The position numbers and the translations under genes are program-made. 64,000 nt of DNA from a virus: IMG/VR virus record IMGVR_UViG_3300042868_005520, positions 1 through 64,000 of that record; one strand, 5' to 3'. The first letter of the stretch is position 1; each line of letters starts with the position of its first letter. Positions 29,802-38,060 of the stretch are shown here, one piece after another. Under the pieces are notes generated by a model. It saw only the letters and a list, made by a program, of their open reading frames with translations. It was not told the origin of the DNA and made no database searches.

Positions 29802-30238
29802 ATATCATTTCTCATCGTGGAAATCTATATGGACGAGATCCTTCACAGGAAAACTCTACACAGTATATTCAAAAAGCACTTGAACACGGATTTGATGTTG
29901 AGATAGATGTTTGGTATAACACCGATCTAAAGCAGTTTTATCTTGGACATGATATGCCAACATATTCCGTGACAACTTCTTTTTTAAAAATTGATAGGTT
30001 GTGGTGTCATGCTAAAGATGAAGAATGTTTTTCTAAACTTCTTGATCTTGGGGTGAATTGTTTTTGGCATGAAAATGATAGATTTACACTTACATCACAC
30101 GGCATTGTTTGGTGCTATCCCAACAATTGGTGTGAGCGAGGAGTAACCGTGGTTTTTGATCCACCTTCATCTGAAATACTTTCAAAAAACATTTTTGGTA
30201 TATGTGTTGATGATCCTGTGAATTGGAGAAAAATCTAG
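29798..30238 (+). CDS. Glycerophosphodiester phosphodiesterase-like protein
   Basis: IISHRGN..G, EN, GFDVEIDVW, LGHD, LWCHAK, FWHE.D..TLTS, GIC.D. Confidence 0.8.
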   Translation: MNIISHRGNLYGRDPSQENSTQYIQKALEHGFDVEIDVWYNTDLKQFYLGHDMPTYSVTTSFLKIDRLWCHAKDEECFSKLLDLGVNCFWHENDRFTLTSHGIVWCYPNNWCERGVTVVFDPPSSEILSKNIFGICVDDPVNWRKI

Positions 30239-30852
30239 TGAAACCATTTATAGTATCATCTCATTACAATGAGGATTTGTCTTGGATTGTGCATCAAACA
30301 GAGTACAATTATAAGATATACACAAAGAATCACAATCCATCAGATTTCATTCCGAAAGACAAGATTGTTTACATTCCCAATAAAGGGAACGAAGCGTCTT
30401 CTTATTTGTGGTATATCATAAACAACTACGATTGTCTTCATGAGAGCGTTGCTTTTGTTCATGGTCACTATACGGCATGGCATCAGAATATGGACATTCT
30501 GACCGCTATAAGAAAATACGATGGCTCGGATTACATGACTCTGAATGATCTTTCGCGGAGAAATGTGTTTCACGATAATTGTGGGATAGAAGGAAACGCT
30601 ATAGGAAATTGGAATTGGGCTAGGCAAGGCATGATTGAGATTGGTATGGAAGTTCCTATTCCAACAAGACTCGAATTTACTCAGTGTGCTCAGTTTGTTG
30701 TTACAGCCAGCAGGATACGGTGCAATAGTTTGAATTTCTATAAGCGTTGTATGGATTGGTTGATGAGGACTCCATTTCCTGACGCTATCTCTGGTAGAGT
30801 TTTTGAGCATATCTGGCATTACATAATGACACACAAGGAAATTGAAAAATGA
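30238..30852 (+). CDS. DUF3431-like protein
   Basis: S.YNEDLSW, PNKG.EA..YL.YII.NYD.L, F.HGH...WH, AQF.V, FE..WH; GTG start with GGAG RBS (track starts at 30223). Confidence 0.75.
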   Translation: MKPFIVSSHYNEDLSWIVHQTEYNYKIYTKNHNPSDFIPKDKIVYIPNKGNEASSYLWYIINNYDCLHESVAFVHGHYTAWHQNMDILTAIRKYDGSDYMTLNDLSRRNVFHDNCGIEGNAIGNWNWARQGMIEIGMEVPIPTRLEFTQCAQFVVTASRIRCNSLNFYKRCMDWLMRTPFPDAISGRVFEHIWHYIMTHKEIEK

Positions 30853-31943
30853 TGTATGACTATATGATCGTTGGTTCTGGTCTATTTGGGGCAATATTTG
30901 CCAGACAGATGACTGATGCGGGTGCACGGTGTCTTGTTGTAGACAAACGCAAGCATATTGGTGGAAACTGCTATACCCGTAACGAAGGTGGAATTCATGT
31001 TCACGAATACGGTCCACATATATTTCATACGAGCAGTGACCGCGTATGGGAATACATGAATCGGTGGACTCGGTTCAATCATTTTGTGTATCGCCCCCGT
31101 GTCATTCATGGAGACAACCTATACTCGTTCCCCATCAACCTGTTTACACTATATCAGTTGTGGGGGGTAAAGACACCTCAAGAAGCACAAAACAAATTGG
31201 CTCAAGTGCGGCTCACCATTCCATCCCCGTCAAACCTAGAAGAATGGGTACTGTCCCAAGTGGGAGAAGAAATTTACGAGAAGTTCGTGAAGGGCTACAC
31301 CATGAAGCAGTGGAACCGCGATCCCAAGGATCTTCCTGCGTCCATCATCAAGCGACTTCCCATTCGGCTCACTTATGATGACAATTACTTTGATGACAAG
31401 TATCAAGGTATACCTGTCGATGGATACACGCCCATCTTTGAAAAACTATTGAGTGATATTCCCGTTGAAACAAGTGTAGACTATCTTAAAGATCGTGAGC
31501 GTCTTGAGAATATGGCAAAAAAGATTGTATACACGGGAGCCATAGACGAATTCTTTGGCTGCGATCTAGGCAATCTTGAGTGGAGAAGTCTGAGGTTTGA
31601 ACATCAGACACTTCAGATTCCTGACTATCAGGGAGTAGCAGCAATAAACTACACCGATGCCACGATCCCATATACTCGCGTGGTGGAACACAAGCATTTC
31701 ATATTTGGAAAACAGGATCATACTGTCATCACCCACGAGTACCCACAGAATTGGGATAACACAAAGGAAAAGTTTTATCCAGTGACTGACGATAGAAATA
31801 ATGAACTGTATATTCAGTATAAGAATAGGATTGACACCGAGAGATACATATTCGGTGGTCGTTTGGCGGATTACAAATATTACGATATGCACCAAGTTGT
31901 AGGGTCTGCCCTAACACGCAGTGAAAAGGAAATTGAAAGATGA
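30849..31943 (+). CDS. glf: UDP-galactopyranose mutase
   Basis: IVGSGLFG FAD motif, HIGGNCY, YGPHIFHT, KYQGIP..GY, GRLA.YKYYDMHQV. Confidence 0.96.
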   Translation: MMYDYMIVGSGLFGAIFARQMTDAGARCLVVDKRKHIGGNCYTRNEGGIHVHEYGPHIFHTSSDRVWEYMNRWTRFNHFVYRPRVIHGDNLYSFPINLFTLYQLWGVKTPQEAQNKLAQVRLTIPSPSNLEEWVLSQVGEEIYEKFVKGYTMKQWNRDPKDLPASIIKRLPIRLTYDDNYFDDKYQGIPVDGYTPIFEKLLSDIPVETSVDYLKDRERLENMAKKIVYTGAIDEFFGCDLGNLEWRSLRFEHQTLQIPDYQGVAAINYTDATIPYTRVVEHKHFIFGKQDHTVITHEYPQNWDNTKEKFYPVTDDRNNELYIQYKNRIDTERYIFGGRLADYKYYDMHQVVGSALTRSEKEIER

Positions 31944-32881
31944 AAGCATTAGTAACAGGTGGAGCGGGTTTTATTGGATCGAATTTGGTTGATCGGCTAA
32001 TTTTGGAAGGTCACGAAGTCACAGTGATAGACAACGAATCATCTGATGCCCATGATCACTTCTATTGGAATTCAGCAGCAAAAAACTACAAGTACGATAT
32101 CAATGATTACACGATGGTTCGTGAATTGTATGAAGGAATAGACATGGTGTTCCATTTTGCTGCTGAGGCTCGTATTCAGCCGTGCATTGTTGATCCACTA
32201 AAGGCTGTGAAATCCAATATGCTTGGTACTGCTAGTGTGTTGCAGTGCGCTCGTGTATGCGGTGTAAAGCGTGTCATCTATTCATCCACATCATCCGCTT
32301 ATGGACTGAAGAATACTCCTCCTCTTGTTGAGACAATGCCAAACGATTGCCTTAACCCATACTCGGTGACCAAGACAGGTGGTGAGGAATTATGTAAAAT
32401 GTTCTCCAAACTGTACGGCTTAGAGACAATCATATTTCGATACTTCAATGTGTACGGAGAGCGTCAGCCACTGCGTGGACAATATGCTCCAGTGATTGGC
32501 ATCTTCTTGCGTCAACGGGCAGCAGGAGAATCCATGACCATTGTTGGTGACGGAGAACAGAGGAGAGACTTCACCCATGTTAGCGATGTGGTTGAAGCCA
32601 ATATCAAGGCTTCTCAGTTTATTGCTCCTCGTTATAATATTACCGACAATGGCTCGTGTCAGACTTATCGAGGATGGGAATGGGGTCAGATTTACAATAT
32701 TGGAACAGGAACCAATCATTCAGTGAATGAGATTACTGCATTTATGGGTGGTCAAACTGTAAATATTCCTCCACGCGCAGGGGAATCCCGAATCACTCTT
32801 GCTAATGCAAATAAAGCAAAGGAACATCTTGGATGGATTCCCCAAGTTCGTCTTGAAGAGTGGATTGCCAAGCATAAATAA
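31940..32881 (+). CDS. NAD-dependent nucleotide-sugar epimerase/dehydratase
   Basis: TGGAGFIGS, SSTSSAYG, YSVTK (YxxxK), RYFNVYG, GDGEQRRDF. Confidence 0.95.
   Translation: MKALVTGGAGFIGSNLVDRLILEGHEVTVIDNESSDAHDHFYWNSAAKNYKYDINDYTMVRELYEGIDMVFHFAAEARIQPCIVDPLKAVKSNMLGTASVLQCARVCGVKRVIYSSTSSAYGLKNTPPLVETMPNDCLNPYSVTKTGGEELCKMFSKLYGLETIIFRYFNVYGERQPLRGQYAPVIGIFLRQRAAGESMTIVGDGEQRRDFTHVSDVVEANIKASQFIAPRYNITDNGSCQTYRGWEWGQIYNIGTGTNHSVNEITAFMGGQTVNIPPRAGESRITLANANKAKEHLGWIPQVRLEEWIAKHK
32873..32880 (+). promoter_or_regulatory. Putative late promoter CATAAATA before GT2-TPR gene
   Basis: One mismatch from T4 late box TATAAATA; AAGGAG RBS follows. Confidence 0.6.
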
Positions 32882-32901
32882 CCGTACAAGGAGATCGTGA
32901 A

Positions 32902-34110
32902 ATGTCTACAGTATGCCTCTCAATGATCGTTAAGAATGAAACGCACATTATCCATGAATGCCTCAATTCAATGTGGCAAAACATTGACTATTGGGTGATC
33001 GTGGACACAGGATCCACAGACGGAACCCAAGACCTTATCCGCACCTTCTTTGCAGAGAAGGGAATTCCTGGCGAACTCATTGAGAAGCCGTGGGTAGACT
33101 TTGGCTACAACCGTAGCGAAGCCCTTGCTCTCTGTGATGGCAAGGCAGACTACGCTTGGATGATTGATGCCGATGACAAGATCACAGGCAATTTTGTGTA
33201 TCCCAACGGCAAGAATCTCGTGCACGATGCGTATGCTCTCAAGTGTGGACGAGACGGATGCGTGTGGTGGCGTAATCAAATCTTTAAAACGGGTATTGGT
33301 TGGAAGTATGTCGGCGTTCTCCACGAGTACGCCCATTGCGAAAAGCAGCCACTAAATCAATTCCGTATTGAGGGTGATTATGCTCTTGAGGCGCGTACAC
33401 TTGGTGCGCGTAATGTAAATATTACACAGGTAGAGAAGTACACAAAGGACGCAGAGATGCTGCTCAAGGCTCTAGAAACAGAGCCAACGAATTCTCGCTA
33501 CCAGTTCTACCTTGCTCAGTCGTACTTTGACTCACAGCAGTGGGACAACGCCATTGCAGCGTACTACAAGCGCGTAGAGATGGGTGGATGGGAAGAAGAG
33601 TGCTACTACTCCTTGTTCCGCATTGCCCTGTGTGAAATCTCAAAGAATTCTGATTGGTCAATTGTTCAGCAGAAATTCCTTGACTCGTATGACTACCGTC
33701 CGTGCCGCGCAGAACCGCTTCACGCCATTGCCAGATTCCTTCGCATGAACGGTCGTCCACGCGCTGCGTACCTGTTTGCGAAGGAAGCCGCGCAGTTGCC
33801 GTACCCACAGCAGGACATTCTCTTCATTGATACAAATGTGTACAAGTGGATGGCATTGGATGAACTAGCCGCTACGGCATTCTTTACCCACGATTTCAAG
33901 ATTGGCTACTCCGCTTGCGAAACCCTGCTAAAGCAGAGCCGCTTGCCAGAGAGTGAAATTGAACGAGTTCAGAAGAACCACGCTGCGTACCTTGAGAAAG
34001 TCAAGGAAGTGGATGCACTGACACAGAAACTCGCCAAAGACACCAAGATGCCCCCGCTTGCTCCCGTGCTAAATACAAAGCAGCACACCTTTAAAAAGCG
34101 GAGAAAGTAA
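32902..34110 (+). CDS. Glycosyltransferase family 2 with TPR repeats
   Basis: LSMIVKNE...I..CL.S, VDTGSTDGT, IDADD, GVLHE; C-terminal helical repeats (FYLAQSY, AIAAY). Confidence 0.9.
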   Translation: MSTVCLSMIVKNETHIIHECLNSMWQNIDYWVIVDTGSTDGTQDLIRTFFAEKGIPGELIEKPWVDFGYNRSEALALCDGKADYAWMIDADDKITGNFVYPNGKNLVHDAYALKCGRDGCVWWRNQIFKTGIGWKYVGVLHEYAHCEKQPLNQFRIEGDYALEARTLGARNVNITQVEKYTKDAEMLLKALETEPTNSRYQFYLAQSYFDSQQWDNAIAAYYKRVEMGGWEEECYYSLFRIALCEISKNSDWSIVQQKFLDSYDYRPCRAEPLHAIARFLRMNGRPRAAYLFAKEAAQLPYPQQDILFIDTNVYKWMALDELAATAFFTHDFKIGYSACETLLKQSRLPESEIERVQKNHAAYLEKVKEVDALTQKLAKDTKMPPLAPVLNTKQHTFKKRRK

Positions 34111-34535
34111 TGGCATCAGGATACTACGATATTAACGCACAGCAGTACTCCACATTTAATTTTCATGTGGAGTATTACGACGAGAACGGCAATCGCGTAG
34201 ACTTAACCAATTACACCGCACGATTCCATGTGCGTCCGTTTGCCAATAGTTCGGTGAAGTACATGGAGATTAGTACTTCGGGTGTTACTAGTGGTGGTAT
34301 CACAGGTGAGTACACAGGCACTGCTGGCATTAGCGGAGCGGGTCGAGTCTACATGAACAAGGGCGAGACGGGTGCGGCTCTCACGGGAGGCATTCTTATT
34401 ACTGCCGATGCCACCACAATGGGATACATTCGAACAGGCTCGTGGAAGTACTCTATTGATCTTGTTCAAAGCGGTGTAACTACCGATGAATTGCTGTACG
34501 GTCAATTCATTGTTACTCCCAAAGCCACGAGATGA
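34110..34535 (+). CDS. Hypothetical, probable virion beta-sandwich (BppU N-terminal-like)
   Basis: VDLTNYTARFHVR, Y.I.L, LL.G.F.V.P pattern; CTAAATA at 34069. Confidence 0.5.
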   Translation: MASGYYDINAQQYSTFNFHVEYYDENGNRVDLTNYTARFHVRPFANSSVKYMEISTSGVTSGGITGEYTGTAGISGAGRVYMNKGETGAALTGGILITADATTMGYIRTGSWKYSIDLVQSGVTTDELLYGQFIVTPKATR

Positions 34536-34747
34536 GAATAAAGGTTTTTGAAACTGCCTACACAGTAAAGCCCAAACAAAAAAAGGGTAAACTTGTGGCT
34601 CCTGCGTATACGGTGGGGGTTAAACCAAAACCTGGTGGTGTGGTTTTGAATTTATCAAAATACGACCGCGTGGTAAAGACAGATCGTAGTCTTGGTGTGA
34701 TTATTCAAAAAATCAAGAACACCAAAATTATCAAGCAGTGGGATTGA
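34532..34747 (+). CDS. Small basic hypothetical protein
   Basis: ATGA overlap; internal AYTV..KPK repeat. Confidence 0.5.
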   Translation: MRIKVFETAYTVKPKQKKGKLVAPAYTVGVKPKPGGVVLNLSKYDRVVKTDRSLGVIIQKIKNTKIIKQWD

Positions 34748-34771
34748 CTCCTCTCTGAGTTGTGCTATACT
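34744..34771 (+). promoter_or_regulatory. Sigma70-like promoter for dUTPase-gp43 block
   Basis: TTGACT-16 nt-TATACT with extended -10 TG. Confidence 0.7.
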
Positions 34772-34791
34772 CCTCTCTAGGAGATTTCATT

Positions 34792-35298
34792 ATGAGTACT
34801 GAGACGCTAGGCATTTATATTATTCCCGATTCGGGAGCAGAACTTCCTCAATTCTCAACCGAAGGGTCTGCTTGCTTTGATGTGTGCGCTCGTCTGTGGA
34901 AATCAACAATTGCATATGGTCCTCAAAATGTTCGTGTAGAGATTGACTGCACGGATGGATATGTTGATATTCCTTGTGGATGGCGTGTGCTTGTCCCCAC
35001 AGGGATTGTAATGGACATCCCCAAGGGATTCTCTGTGCGTCTACACTCTCGTAGTGGACTTGCCCTGAAGGAAGGGCTTATCCTTGCAAACGCAGAAGGT
35101 GTAATCGACTCAGACTACACAGATGAACTCATGGTTATGGTTACCTCTATTAGTGGAGGAATCATTACTGTTAATGATGGAACTAGAATTTGTCAAGGCG
35201 AACTAGTTCGTAATCAACCCGTTGCCTTTACTCGCAGTGAATTCCCACCCCAACAAAAAACCGACCGCGTTGGCGGATTCGGTAGCACAGGAGTATAA
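34792..35298 (+). CDS. dut: Trimeric dUTPase
   Basis: SACFD, RSGLA, GVIDSDY, RICQG, R.GGFGSTG motifs I-V. Confidence 0.96.
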   Translation: MSTETLGIYIIPDSGAELPQFSTEGSACFDVCARLWKSTIAYGPQNVRVEIDCTDGYVDIPCGWRVLVPTGIVMDIPKGFSVRLHSRSGLALKEGLILANAEGVIDSDYTDELMVMVTSISGGIITVNDGTRICQGELVRNQPVAFTRSEFPPQQKTDRVGGFGSTGV

Positions 35299-35299
35299 C

Positions 35300-35701
35300 A
35301 TGACACGAGACGAACTACTAGCATTTCACGCAGAACTCTGCACCGAAGCCCGTGATCTGATGAGCCTAAAGAACCGCGACTACGCTGGCAAGGAAGGCAC
35401 AGAGCCGTTTGCCAACTTTACCCGCGTGGAGTCAATGGGCATCTGCAAGACCGAACAAGGTTTCATGGTGCGCCTTACCGACAAGATGAGCCGCCTGTCT
35501 TCCTTTGTACACGCAGGAAAAATGAATGTACAGGACGAGTCATTTATGGACACCTGTGTGGATGTAATTAATTATATGGTTTTACTTGCTGCATACTTAA
35601 AGGATAAAGAAGCGCAGAAGCAAGACGCTCCCACAATCAAATATACAAGCACACCGATTCCTGTTGATTTAAATATAGGTGGTGGTAAACTAGGGGCATG
35701 A
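35300..35701 (+). CDS. Nucleotide modification-associated domain 1 (Nmad1/DUF1599-like, MazG-like fold)
   Basis: KN.DYA, PFANF, VRL.DK.SRL, ES..DT..D..NY motifs. Confidence 0.8.
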   Translation: MTRDELLAFHAELCTEARDLMSLKNRDYAGKEGTEPFANFTRVESMGICKTEQGFMVRLTDKMSRLSSFVHAGKMNVQDESFMDTCVDVINYMVLLAAYLKDKEAQKQDAPTIKYTSTPIPVDLNIGGGKLGA

Positions 35702-36630
35702 TACGACACCTTGGCTACGCCTGTATGAATCTGTCCTTGTCAGAAGGACAGAAAAAAGTAGATCGGTTCTTCACAGATCGAACTCTACGGATGGATCGCT
35801 TTACCCTTGAGCGTGTGGGAGAACTCGGTACGCGGAACGCCGCCGATCTTCTTCCCATCCTCAAGTGGAATGTCGCCAACGGCATCCACTTCTTCCGCAT
35901 TGGCAGTGGGATGTTTCCGTTCATGGATCATCCCACGCTTGGGTACGGGATGGGTGCGCTATCCCCAAAACACAGCGATTCTATTGTTAACAGCCTTGCA
36001 GCAGCGGGTGCGTATGCCAAGGAACACGGCATACGCTTGTCATGCCATCCTGGTCCATACACTTGCATTGCTTCACCTGACCACGATATAGTAGACAAAA
36101 GCATTTTATGTTTGCGGATGCACTCCCTTATCGCCGACCTGTTGGGCTGCGGCGATGAGTTTGCCATTAATATTCATGTGGGTGGTGTGTACGGCGACAA
36201 GACAGACACAGCAAAACGATTCACTGATGCTTTTAATTCCCTACCGCTAAACATTCAAAATCGTTTAACAGTTGAGAACGACGACAAAGCGTCTATGTGG
36301 AGTATGAGCGATCTGTATGAACTACTGTGGTCGCGATGCCAACGCTTAAAGTTGGTGTTGGATGTGCACCACCACCGCTTCTGCAAACGAGAGTTGCTGC
36401 ACCACGCAGCAGACATGGCGTTCACCACATGGGACGGCTTTTGTGAAATTCCAAAGGTTCACTACTCGGAATCAAAAGCAGGTGCTAGACCCCAAGCCCA
36501 CTCGGACTACATTAGTGAAGAAATTCCTGTACTGTCGGATACCGTTGAGTACGATGTAATGATTGAAGCCAAGGCAAAGGACTTGGCACTTCTCCAATAC
36601 CGAAAGGCTTACGCCCCATGCTTGCTGTGA
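35698..36630 (+). CDS. uvsE: UV damage endonuclease UvdE/UvsE
   Basis: LGYAC.N, FFRI.S..FP, RLS.HPG, ENDDK, D.HHH, HYSES, HSDY, MIEAKAKD. Confidence 0.95.
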   Translation: MIRHLGYACMNLSLSEGQKKVDRFFTDRTLRMDRFTLERVGELGTRNAADLLPILKWNVANGIHFFRIGSGMFPFMDHPTLGYGMGALSPKHSDSIVNSLAAAGAYAKEHGIRLSCHPGPYTCIASPDHDIVDKSILCLRMHSLIADLLGCGDEFAINIHVGGVYGDKTDTAKRFTDAFNSLPLNIQNRLTVENDDKASMWSMSDLYELLWSRCQRLKLVLDVHHHRFCKRELLHHAADMAFTTWDGFCEIPKVHYSESKAGARPQAHSDYISEEIPVLSDTVEYDVMIEAKAKDLALLQYRKAYAPCLL

Positions 36631-37055
36631 TTCTTGCTACCGTAATTTGCTCTGCCGCCACCTTTAAGGATGTAACGGTTCGCCCCCGCGAGAATCCTGT
36701 GAAGATTATTGATTTTCACACCGTTGACCAATTGCTTGATGCCATGTACACTGTTGAGTCCAACCGTGGACTGATTCTTGTGGGAGATGAGGGTAAGGCG
36801 ATTGGTCCTTATCAGATTTGGAAGGCGTATTGGCAGGACGCTGTGGAGTTTGACAAGTCTATTGGTGGGGAATACCAAGACTGCATGAAAAAGGCGTATG
36901 CCGAAAAGATTGTTCGTGCGTATTGGAAGCGGTACGCTCCCAAGAGTGCAACGCTTGAGCAGTTGGCACGAATTCATAACGGTGGTCCGCGTGGACATCT
37001 GAACCCGAACACAATTAAGTATTGGAACAAGATCAAAAAGGAATTAGTCAAATGA
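36618..37055 (+). CDS. Lysozyme, i-type/destabilase-like, with hydrophobic N-terminus
   Basis: VES, GPYQI...YW.DA, ARIHNGGP.G, T.KYW motifs. Confidence 0.82.
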   Translation: MLAVILATVICSAATFKDVTVRPRENPVKIIDFHTVDQLLDAMYTVESNRGLILVGDEGKAIGPYQIWKAYWQDAVEFDKSIGGEYQDCMKKAYAEKIVRAYWKRYAPKSATLEQLARIHNGGPRGHLNPNTIKYWNKIKKELVK

Positions 37056-37447
37056 GTAAACCATTCGGATATTCGTATTACCTTGATATGTACACCTGTC
37101 GCATTGGTGCAGCCGATGACTTGGAGTTGCACTACCGCTTTCTTGAGCGCGTTGTGGACAAGATTGGCATGACTCGTATGTCACAGCCTGTGGTAATGCA
37201 TGGTCCAACTAAAAATGGACTTGAGATTTATCCCGACAAGGCAGGGGTAAGTGGTTGGGTTCCGCTTATTGAGAGCGGCATTCAGATTCACTCAATGGAA
37301 CCCAAGCGGTTCATTACCCTTGATGTGTACTCCTGCAACAAGTTTGATCAGAACATCATTTTTGAATACGCACGAGAATGCTTTGGCTTTGAAGAGTACG
37401 AAGAGAAATTCTTTGAGCGTGGTATGGGCTACGGCGATATTGCCTGA
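37052..37447 (+). CDS. Pyruvoyl-dependent S-adenosylmethionine decarboxylase family (SpeD-like)
   Basis: GVSG...LIES.I.IH autocleavage site, LDVYSC. Confidence 0.85.
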   Translation: MSKPFGYSYYLDMYTCRIGAADDLELHYRFLERVVDKIGMTRMSQPVVMHGPTKNGLEIYPDKAGVSGWVPLIESGIQIHSMEPKRFITLDVYSCNKFDQNIIFEYARECFGFEEYEEKFFERGMGYGDIA

Positions 37448-37460
37448 TGTGAGGTGTGCC

Positions 37461-38060
37461 TTGCCACAAGACAATGAAAAGAAAAAAGAACAGAAACGAA
37501 AATGGTGGAAGACTTTCTATCAAGAACACAAAGAACAGATACTTGCAGAAAAGCGTGAGTATCGTGAATCCAATAGACAGGTGATACGAGACACCCAAAA
37601 AGTCTACCGCGATTCTGAAAAAGGCAGATCAAAAAATGCTGAAGAGGCTAGAGAGCGCAGGGCATTAAAGAAAAACTGCACAATTCCATTGACGGAAAAT
37701 GAACGCGAACGGCTTATGCTTTTAGAAAAAACTCGCAGAGAACTATCTGTAGAAACAGGTAAAGAGTATCATATAGACCATATTCTCCCTCTTTCTCACG
37801 GTGGTATTCATCACCCCATGAATTTAAGAATACTTGATGGTGCAGAAAACCTTTTAAAAAATGCAAAACTAATTCCCGAAGCGATTGCACTTGCACCCGA
37901 ACACTTCCGCTTGTATAGTGAGCGTGTTAGTCCTGAACGCGCATGGGAGTTTGTGCGCCAACTTGCAGCAGGATTAGGATTGAGTGAAAAGGATTTGGAC
38001 GCGCTCATCACAGGCAAGCCGCTGAAGAACAAGCCCACACTAGAGGATTTCATGCTATGA
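37461..38060 (+). CDS. HNH endonuclease
   Basis: YHIDHILPLSHGG.H...NL.IL...EN..K; charged helical N-terminus; start uncertain (TTG 37461 after GAGGT, or GTG 37449). Confidence 0.85.
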   Translation: MPQDNEKKKEQKRKWWKTFYQEHKEQILAEKREYRESNRQVIRDTQKVYRDSEKGRSKNAEEARERRALKKNCTIPLTENERERLMLLEKTRRELSVETGKEYHIDHILPLSHGGIHHPMNLRILDGAENLLKNAKLIPEAIALAPEHFRLYSERVSPERAWEFVRQLAAGLGLSEKDLDALITGKPLKNKPTLEDFML

